From Promethearchaeia archaeon (lineage in GTDB: Archaea; Asgardarchaeota; Lokiarchaeia; Sigyniarchaeales; SOKP01): a DNA stretch of 5,156 nucleotides. Below, one piece after another: positions 1-5,156 of the stretch. Made by a program: the position numbers and the translations under genes. The notes under the pieces are model-generated. The model ran no database searches. It was not told the origin of the DNA and saw nothing but the letters and a program-made list of their open reading frames with translations. Each line of letters opens with the position of its first letter. The stretch's first letter is position 1. The stretch spans positions 1-5,156 of the forward strand of contig JAWOFX010000125.1 in the NCBI GenBank assembly GCA_046497275.1. Reading direction: 5' to 3'.

Positions 1-2
1 TA

Positions 3-92
3 ATATATGATTATTTATTCAATTTTTACCCTTTTTTTCAGGACGAGAACCTATTCAAACTCTTAGAATTTTACAATATTTATCCTAATTAA
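3..92 (+). CDS. Possible 3' end of a gene entering from the left (IYDYLFNFYPFFQDENLFKLLEFYNIYPN*), product unknown
   Basis: Frame 3 is open from the window edge to TAA at 90-92 and is followed by a T7 tract (96-102). No recognisable motif, so it could be chance. Confidence 0.3.
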   Translation: MYDYLFNFYPFFQDENLFKLLEFYNIYPN

Positions 93-216
93 ATATTTTT
101 TCAATAGAAAAAATTTAATATTATATTTTTAGAAAGTAAAATACTCAAATAATTAATTCAATCTTGAAGATAAAATAAGAAGCGATTATAAAAAATAATA
201 TTCTCTTTTTAACACT

Positions 217-241
217 AAAAATAAAATTAAAAAAAATAAAA
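217..241 (-). terminator. Oligo-T archaeal-type terminator candidate for the histone gene
   Basis: The minus strand reads TTTTATTTTTTTTAATTTTATTTTT, including a T8 run (229-236) about 22 nt after the histone stop codon. Confidence 0.5.
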
Positions 242-258
242 GATTTATTATAGAGAGA

Positions 259-483
259 TTAATACCAATCTCTTGTTGCTTCTCTAATATCCTCAGCAGT
301 GATTCTCTTTCTTTTATCTGCTTTGGTGACTTTAATAGCTTCTTTTGTAGCCTTAGCCGCGCTTTTTTCTAAAAAATCAATTAATTTGTCAAGTGAATCG
401 GCGCTTACGAGGTCAGCTCCTTCTCTCTTCATTAATCGCCGGATCGGGGCTTTTGCTATATAGCTTTCTGTTTTTTTAGCCAT
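259..483 (-). CDS. Archaeal histone (HMf-like single histone fold), 74 aa
   Basis: Aligns by eye without gaps to HMfB at offset +6: APIRRLMK = APIGRIIK, EGADLVS = AGAERVS, EAIK, RKRITAEDI = RKTIKAEDI (R52-D59 pair kept). A Shine-Dalgarno site lies upstream. Confidence 0.93.
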   Translation of the reverse strand: MAKKTESYIAKAPIRRLMKREGADLVSADSLDKLIDFLEKSAAKATKEAIKVTKADKRKRITAEDIREATRDWY

Positions 484-492
484 ACTTTTATT

Positions 493-497
493 CCTCC
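493..497 (-). promoter_or_regulatory. Shine-Dalgarno site (GGAGG) of the histone gene
   Basis: The minus strand reads GTGGAGGAATAAAAGT-ATG, with GGAGG 9 nt before the start codon. Confidence 0.75.
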
Positions 498-563
498 ACT
501 AATTATTTTTTGTAATTTGTAAATTTAAATTAATTTTTCTTAATAATTATTACACGTTTCTAT

Positions 564-571
564 TATATAAA
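564..571 (-). promoter_or_regulatory. TATA box candidate for the histone gene (TTTATATA)
   Basis: Consensus archaeal TATA on the minus strand about 80 bp upstream of the ATG, implying a start site near 540. The BRE match is weak. Confidence 0.5.
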
Positions 572-712
572 TGTTATGATTCGGAATGATATTTTTATCA
601 ATCTAAGTAGATTTTTTGCATAATTGAAAAATAAACTTCATATATTTTTAACCGACAAAATACAAATTAAAAGTAAAATTTTAGAATCTACAACATCTCT
701 TATAGCCTTATT

Positions 713-762
713 AATTCCTAAATAATCCACAATCATTTATTTTGTGTAAATAATTAGGAATT
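713..762. repeat. Imperfect inverted repeat / stem-loop with about 20-bp arms
   Basis: AATTCCTAA (713-721) pairs perfectly with TTAGGAATT (754-762), and CACAA (728-732) with TTGTG (742-746). There is a 9-nt loop (733-741) and a partly paired internal segment. Confidence 0.6.
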
Positions 763-1019
763 TAGATAGATATATGACAGAAATTATTAATTTTTTAATA
801 AAATAGAAAATATGCATATTAAAAAAAATGATTAAATGCCTATGGATCCTCGTGCCAATCGACTACTTTATATAATTTTTTTTTATATTCATTAAATTAT
901 CAGACTCATGTGTATTTTAATAAATTTTCACACAATTATTCTCTTCGGAAAAGCAATTTAGAAATGCATTTTATTTTTATAATAAATAAAAAAATGCTTT
1001 TTTTCCTTATCAAAATATT

Positions 1020-1027
1020 TTTATAAA
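1020..1027 (+). promoter_or_regulatory. TATA box candidate (TTTATAAA) upstream of the TrmB-family gene
   Basis: Consensus TATA preceded by an A-rich BRE-like stretch (CAAAATA, 1011-1017). The box is itself palindromic, so its direction is inferred. Confidence 0.4.
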
Positions 1028-1032
1028 CCCAA

Positions 1033-1051
1033 TATCATAAGAGTTATGATA
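1033..1051. promoter_or_regulatory. Operator-like perfect inverted repeat TATCATAA-GAG-TTATGATA
   Basis: Perfect 8-bp arms with a 3-bp spacer, 5 bp downstream of a TATA box and about 150 bp upstream of a regulator gene. Confidence 0.55.
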
Positions 1052-1201
1052 AGCGAAAATATGGTCTCAAAACCATTAATTCTAAAGAATAAAATTTTTT
1101 GGAAAACAAATAATAGAATATAATATCTAAGCAAAAGTAAAAAAACAAGAAATTATAAAGTGATATAAAGTCTGATTGCAAATAGTAAAACAGAGAAGGA
1201 T

Positions 1202-2029
1202 TTGGATGAATCTGATATTGAACAAGCACTTCAAGAATTAGGTTTTACTAAAAATGATTCTAAAGTCTTTCTTACATTAGCGAAATATAAAGTATTATCT
1301 CCCGCAGATATTGCAAAACATAGTGATGTGGATCGAGCACGGGTGTATGATTCGTTAAATCGTCTTATGGAGAAAGGATATATCAGAAAGGAACCAGTAA
1401 AACGAGGTGCAAATTATATGGTCATCCCTATTCAAAGAATCTTCAAGACCATAAGAAGTGGTTATAAAGAGAAGATTGAAGAAACATTACTTCTTGAAGA
1501 TGCGATCAGAGAATTAGAGGTAGAAGAGGAACAGCCTGAACCTAGAGTTTGGGCAATTAATTCTAAGAAAAAGATTCGAAAAAAGATGAAAAATTTAATT
1601 GATGATTCAGATGATAGGATATTCTTCATCTTAACACCGGATCTTCTCATGGATGAATTAGGGGGGTATGAATGGATTCTTAAAGAAATTTGGAATAAAA
1701 AATTCTCCTCAGAGAATATTCAAATTATCATTGCTCTAAAATATTTTGAAGATTTGAAAGAAGAAATAAAGAAGTTGCTTAAAATTGGCATTCAAATTCA
1801 CGCTATAGAGGGAGATAATGTTATTCCATTTGGGTTGTTAATTGCTGATAATGATTTTCTGCTCACAACACTTGATCAGGTCAAAGAAGCGCCAGAATAT
1901 ACCTCAGGAATATGGCTAGAGAACGGGATTGACAGGCAGATTTTAGGCTACGAACATTTATTTAAACATTTTATTAGCTCTGAATGCAGGGAAATTAAAC
2001 TTACCACAAAAGAACAATCTTCCGGTTGA
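1202..2029 (+). CDS. TrmB-family transcriptional regulator, 275 aa (N-terminal wHTH, coiled linker, C-terminal PLD-like/effector-type domain)
   Basis: LGFTKNDSKVFLTL...SPADIAKHSDVDRARVYDSLNRLMEKGYI matches the TrmB wHTH consensus (LGLxxYEAKVYxAL...A.EIA..SGVPR.RVYDVL..L..KGLV). RVWAINSKKKIRKKMKNLIDDSDDRIFF matches the start of the second domain. The TTG start is uncertain; the nearest upstream in-frame stop is at 1166-1168. Confidence 0.9.
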   Translation: MDESDIEQALQELGFTKNDSKVFLTLAKYKVLSPADIAKHSDVDRARVYDSLNRLMEKGYIRKEPVKRGANYMVIPIQRIFKTIRSGYKEKIEETLLLEDAIRELEVEEEQPEPRVWAINSKKKIRKKMKNLIDDSDDRIFFILTPDLLMDELGGYEWILKEIWNKKFSSENIQIIIALKYFEDLKEEIKKLLKIGIQIHAIEGDNVIPFGLLIADNDFLLTTLDQVKEAPEYTSGIWLENGIDRQILGYEHLFKHFISSECREIKLTTKEQSSG

Positions 2030-2089
2030 TTATTAAATATAGGATTATGTTAGGTATTAAGAAATTTTAAATAAATAATATTTAAATGT

Positions 2090-2103
2090 AAAAAATATAT
2101 ATG
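2090..2103 (+). promoter_or_regulatory. BRE/TATA candidate for the small GTPase gene
   Basis: AAAAAA-TATATATG about 37 bp upstream of the ATG, with a purine-rich AAAGGGG at 2121-2127. The AT-rich background weakens the call. Confidence 0.35.
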
Positions 2104-2139
2104 TAAGATATACAAAAGTCAAAGGGGATGTTATAAATA

Positions 2140-2703
2140 ATGAGCTACTCAGGCAAGGCCATTATTCTTGGAAGTCCTAATGTGGGAAAAACAAGCCTAT
2201 TAAGCAGATATGTTGATAATAAGTTTCCGGAAAAATATAATCCTACAATTGGGGCTAATTTTCTAGTCAAAGAAGTTGATTTAACTTCCATAGTTGATAA
2301 TTTAGATGACTTAGAGGATGATCTTAAGGAAAAAGTTAAGGAAAAAGGGTTTAAGCTCTATTTTTGGGATATAGGAGGCCAGCGGGATAAACTATTTGCG
2401 AATGAATACTACTTTAAAGATGCTGTGGGAGCGATCGTTGTTTTTGATTTGGCAAACAAAGACACTTTCAATGACCTCGAATTTTGGGTAACAAAATTGA
2501 GGGAATTAAGCGGAGAAATTCCTTTTATACTTGTTGGGAATAAAACCGACTTATCGAATAAGAGAGAAATTAAACAAGAAATGATTGAGGAAAAGTTAGA
2601 AAAATTGGGCACAGAGTATTTTGAGACATCAGCAAAGACAGATGAAAACGTTAGAAAAGCATTTGAAGCGCTTTCTACAAGAATATTAAACAATTTGAAA
2701 TAG
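2140..2703 (+). CDS. Ras-superfamily small GTPase, Rab-like (Asgard type), 187 aa
   Basis: G1 GSPNVGKTS, G2 YNPTIGANF, G3 WDIGGQ, G4 NKTD, G5 SAK. It has Rab-like IGxxF, KLxxW and YFKDA segments and no C-terminal cysteine prenylation motif. Confidence 0.95.
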   Translation: MSYSGKAIILGSPNVGKTSLLSRYVDNKFPEKYNPTIGANFLVKEVDLTSIVDNLDDLEDDLKEKVKEKGFKLYFWDIGGQRDKLFANEYYFKDAVGAIVVFDLANKDTFNDLEFWVTKLRELSGEIPFILVGNKTDLSNKREIKQEMIEEKLEKLGTEYFETSAKTDENVRKAFEALSTRILNNLK

Positions 2704-2925
2704 TTTATTATTGAGATTTTAGACGGAATTTTGTATTTATTTAAATAATTTTCGTGCTTAATAATAATCTAATTATTTTATTTGAATCCAAATGAAGAAT
2801 TATAATTAAGAATCTTGGTCAAACTTCCGTTAAAATGAAGAAATCATAAAAAAATTTCCGAATCTTTTAAGAATATTATTAAATAAAAATTATAAAGAGA
2901 AACTTATAATTAGAATTTTAATTCA

Positions 2926-2934
2926 TTTTTATAA
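2926..2934 (+). promoter_or_regulatory. TATA candidate for the cofC-like gene (probably a short leader or leaderless)
   Basis: TTTTTATAA ends 31 bp before the ATG at 2966, and no Shine-Dalgarno site lies in between. Confidence 0.35.
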
Positions 2935-2965
2935 CAACTTGAATTACTCCAAATATCTTTAAATA

Positions 2966-3694
2966 ATGAGCGTGTTATTAATCCCCATAGCGCCCTTATC
3001 GCGAACAAAATCTCGACTTAGAAGTTGTTTCAGCAAAGATCAATTAAAAGATCTTACTATTTGTATGTTTAAAGATCTTGGAAATACCCTCTCAAAAGTT
3101 AAATTTCTTGAAGATATAGTGGTGTATTGTAATGATGCGGAAATCCTAGAATTAGCGGATGAATTTAATTTAACTGGAATAAAAGAAAAATTAATGACCC
3201 CGCGAAAATCATTTGATGAGGTGATTAATGATTTGAACCTTATTGCTATGGAACAATTTGAAGCAAAACAGACGATATTCACATTTCTAGATATAGTTTT
3301 AATCTCAGAAAAAAACCTTCAAGAAATCAATTGTCTTACTAAAGAAAATGAACTGGTAGTTTGTCCCGCTATTCATTCCGCAGGCATATCGGTTATAGGA
3401 AGGAACCCGCCCAATATTATTAAAACTTACTTTTCTCATCCAAATATTCCTTCCTTCATAGCTCAAGTGAATAATGCTAAAGTAAAAGGATTAACTAAAA
3501 TAAAGATTTATGATTCATTTCGAGCAGGTTTTGATATAGATATTAAGCAAGATTTAGTTTTAGCGTATGAATATCTTAAAATTCTCGATTTAACAACTAC
3601 TCATACCTATAAGTTTTTAGAAGATAATCTTAATTTATCTATTCGTAAATTAAATCCAAAAAATAATAGAAAATTTCAATTCTCAAAGATCTAA
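2966..3694 (+). CDS. cofC: CofC/FbiD-like guanylyltransferase (F420 biosynthesis family), divergent, 242 aa
   Basis: IPIAPLSRTKSRL resembles IPVK...AKSRL, MFKDL resembles MLEDV, LDIVLI resembles ADLPLL, and DSFRAGFDIDIKQDL resembles DS.GL..DVDTPEDL. Fold assignment is solid; the exact activity is uncertain (see findings). Confidence 0.8.
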   Translation: MSVLLIPIAPLSRTKSRLRSCFSKDQLKDLTICMFKDLGNTLSKVKFLEDIVVYCNDAEILELADEFNLTGIKEKLMTPRKSFDEVINDLNLIAMEQFEAKQTIFTFLDIVLISEKNLQEINCLTKENELVVCPAIHSAGISVIGRNPPNIIKTYFSHPNIPSFIAQVNNAKVKGLTKIKIYDSFRAGFDIDIKQDLVLAYEYLKILDLTTTHTYKFLEDNLNLSIRKLNPKNNRKFQFSKI

Positions 3695-3723
3695 GAAATG
3701 GGTAGACGTCCTAAAATACAGAA

Positions 3724-4953
3724 TCAAAATGTAAATGTGATCGTTAATTTAAACTCATCTTGAATAATATCTTCTACCTGTTTTTGAAATGCTGATCGAT
3801 CTCTTTTTAATGTCCCTAAATATTTTAAATAATCTTTATTTTTACGTTCAATATCATTTTCTAAATGTTCAAGTCTTTGGGTTAAAACAGAAATTTCATT
3901 TTGGAGCTCTTTCCTCTTTTCGTCTAATCCTTTTTCTTTTATTTTATTTTTATAAGATTTTATATTCTCCCGTAGCTCTTGATATTTATCTAAATCATCG
4001 TAAATCCCTCTTTCATCAAAAATCTTATTTATTTGTTCAATTGTTTTTTCTCGTTTGTCAGCTTTCAAATTTAATTTGTTTTCTTCTAAAACATGTCTTA
4101 GTTGAACTAATAAACCTCTAAATTTCGTTAAATCTTTTCCCTCTGTACTCAAAACTCTAATTGGATTCTTTATAAAATCTCTAATATAATTCTCATCCAA
4201 ATTACTTAAATGAAGATTATCTCTTTCTACCTCAACACGAAGTTTCTTTAATGCTTTTTTGAACCCAAGTTCATTGTTTATTCTTATTTTAAGTTTGAAT
4301 AATTTATCCCGAAAATCTTTTAAACTTTTAAAGAGTTCGTCTTTTTCTAATTCAAGGAGTTGTTTATTTAGTTTATCTAATGCTTGTTTTGTTTCTTCAT
4401 ATTCCTTTTCAAATTTATCTAAATCATTCTTAGCATTTTCTATATTATCAATTAAACCATAAAATTTAGAAAGTCTATCTAGTATCTCTTCTGCATTTTT
4501 AACTTCAGTATATTTCTTTCTAATAAATTTTTCTAATGAAGCGTGGACTTTGGACAATTTCCTTGTAAGATAATTTAATTCCTTTATTTCAGATTGCGCT
4601 TCTTTTTGGAATTTAGGAAGTGATTTTCGGGCAACATCATTTATATTATTAAACAATTTTTTCAATGAATTGAGTAATTTATTCAAATTATCATAAGTAA
4701 TCTCTTCTTGAGGAATATTGATTTCATTAATCTCTTTTTTAATTCTATCAGAGAAGAAATTTAAGGAACGTACAGCTTTGCTCTCTAATTGATCCTCTTT
4801 TTCCATGAAATGATCCATACAAATTTTAATATCAACAAGATTTTCTTGGATCTCTTCGATTAATTTAATTGCTATTTTCTTTTCCTTATAGAATTTATCA
4901 TTTAATCTTTTTTTATAGAACTCTTCAAACTCTTCCAGTTCAATTTCAACCAT
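3724..4953 (-). CDS. Uncharacterised long coiled-coil protein, 409 aa (type often auto-annotated SMC-like/SbcC-like)
   Basis: Long ORF, E/K/L-rich with heptad periodicity at about aa 150-229 and 318-398. No Walker A/B, CxxC hook, signal peptide or TM segment is visible. AGGAG lies upstream. Confidence 0.88.
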   Translation of the reverse strand: MVEIELEEFEEFYKKRLNDKFYKEKKIAIKLIEEIQENLVDIKICMDHFMEKEDQLESKAVRSLNFFSDRIKKEINEINIPQEEITYDNLNKLLNSLKKLFNNINDVARKSLPKFQKEAQSEIKELNYLTRKLSKVHASLEKFIRKKYTEVKNAEEILDRLSKFYGLIDNIENAKNDLDKFEKEYEETKQALDKLNKQLLELEKDELFKSLKDFRDKLFKLKIRINNELGFKKALKKLRVEVERDNLHLSNLDENYIRDFIKNPIRVLSTEGKDLTKFRGLLVQLRHVLEENKLNLKADKREKTIEQINKIFDERGIYDDLDKYQELRENIKSYKNKIKEKGLDEKRKELQNEISVLTQRLEHLENDIERKNKDYLKYLGTLKRDRSAFQKQVEDIIQDEFKLTITFTF

Positions 4954-4969
4954 AATAATAAATGTTAGA

Positions 4970-4974
4970 CTCCT
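4970..4974 (-). promoter_or_regulatory. Shine-Dalgarno candidate (AGGAG) for the coiled-coil gene
   Basis: AGGAG on the minus strand 16 nt before the ATG. The spacing is longer than usual and there is no alternative in-frame ATG. Confidence 0.35.
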
Positions 4975-5037
4975 TTTTTGATAGATATTTTAACTTATAG
5001 ATTCTAAACTTTTTTAATTTTATTCCTTTCATTAAAT

Positions 5038-5051
5038 TTTATAAATTTCCC
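5038..5051 (-). promoter_or_regulatory. BRE + TATA candidate (GGGAAA-TTTATAAA) for the coiled-coil gene
   Basis: Purine-rich BRE directly followed by a consensus TATA on the minus strand, in the 114-bp gap after the serS stop. Confidence 0.5.
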
Positions 5052-5067
5052 TTTTTAGTATAAATCT

Positions 5068-5154
5068 TTATGCGTTTTTTGCTGGGATTCTTTTTTTTCC
5101 ATTCATATAATTACGCAAGACTTTAGGAATGGTAATCGAATGATCTTTATTTTG
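5068..5154 (-). CDS. serS: C-terminal 28 aa of seryl-tRNA synthetase (gene truncated by the window edge)
   Basis: My translation is ...QNKDHSITIPKVLRNYMNGKKRIPAKNA* (TAA at 5070-5068). This matches the canonical SerRS C-terminus ENyQ..dGsi.IPevLrpYMgG...I. Not in the ORF track. Confidence 0.82.
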   Translation of the reverse strand, partial: QNKDHSITIPKVLRNYMNGKKRIPAKNA

Positions 5155-5156
5155 AA

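Noticed and set aside
713-762. Hairpin as a SECIS element, tRNA fragment or CRISPR repeat
   Set aside because: It lacks the SECIS quartet arrangement and a cloverleaf, and it is single copy with no spacers.
828-895. Small plus-strand ORFs of 15 aa (828-875) and 19 aa (836-895)
   Set aside because: No ribosome-binding site or recognisable motif, and lengths are expected by chance.
1044-1229. 61-aa minus-strand ORF from the track
   Set aside because: F/Y/L-rich translation of A-rich promoter DNA that overlaps the start of the TrmB gene; no motif.
1462-1650. 62-aa minus-strand ORF
   Set aside because: Antisense shadow fully inside the TrmB-family CDS, with S/I/F-rich shadow composition.
2027-2053. 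TGA stop of the TrmB gene as possible selenocysteine readthrough (Lokiarchaeia encode Sec)
   Set aside because: Readthrough adds only a few residues before TAG, there is no redox motif context, and I see no SECIS-like AUGA/GA motif nearby.
2128-2136. Minimal in-frame uORF ATG-TTA-TAA just before the GTPase start
   Set aside because: The purine-rich site abuts this ATG and is better spaced for the real start at 2140; likely chance.
2409-2693. 94-aa minus-strand ORF
   Set aside because: Antisense shadow of the GTPase gene.
3040-3282. 80-aa minus-strand ORF
   Set aside because: Antisense shadow of the cofC-like gene.
3789-4462. 110-aa and 67-aa plus-strand ORFs
   Set aside because: Antisense to the 409-aa gene; the L/F/S-rich composition simply mirrors its Lys/Glu codons.
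3724-4953. Calling the coiled-coil protein SMC, Rad50/SbcC or ESCRT-III/PspA
   Set aside because: No Walker A/B, signature motif or zinc hook, and its length and central domain do not fit ESCRT-III/PspA; only the architecture is suggestive.
259-4953. A single operon or system linking histone, regulator, GTPase, CofC-like and coiled-coil genes
   Set aside because: Orientations are mixed, gaps between co-oriented genes are 110-262 bp, and each gene has its own promoter candidate; only cross-genome synteny could support a link.
5068-5156. AbrB/MazE-type regulator suggested by the ITIPK motif
   Set aside because: The full context (QNKDHSITIPKVLRNYMNG followed by a stop) fits the SerRS C-terminus much better.

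Overview
AT-rich archaeal window that most resembles Asgard archaea (Lokiarchaeia/Promethearchaeota); the taxonomy is inferred from the gene mix and low GC. Gene order: possible 3' end of a + strand gene (weak); a single-fold archaeal histone (-); a 718-bp divergent intergenic region rich in palindromes; a TrmB-family regulator (+); a Rab-like small GTPase (+); a CofC/FbiD-like nucleotidyltransferase (+); a convergent 409-aa coiled-coil protein (-); and the 3' end of seryl-tRNA synthetase (-), which the ORF track missed. I see no mobile element, CRISPR array, tRNA or rRNA. It reads as core genome rather than a self-contained new system. Several proteins deviate from their families at functional positions: the histone lacks the canonical tetramer residues, the GTPase has an 18-aa interswitch insertion, the CofC homolog keeps its metal ligands but has a remodelled pocket, and the coiled-coil protein looks like an SMC/Rad50-type arm without an ATPase. 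A perfect inverted repeat beside a TATA box upstream of the TrmB gene is a good operator candidate. All alignments were done by eye against remembered family consensus; no searches were run.
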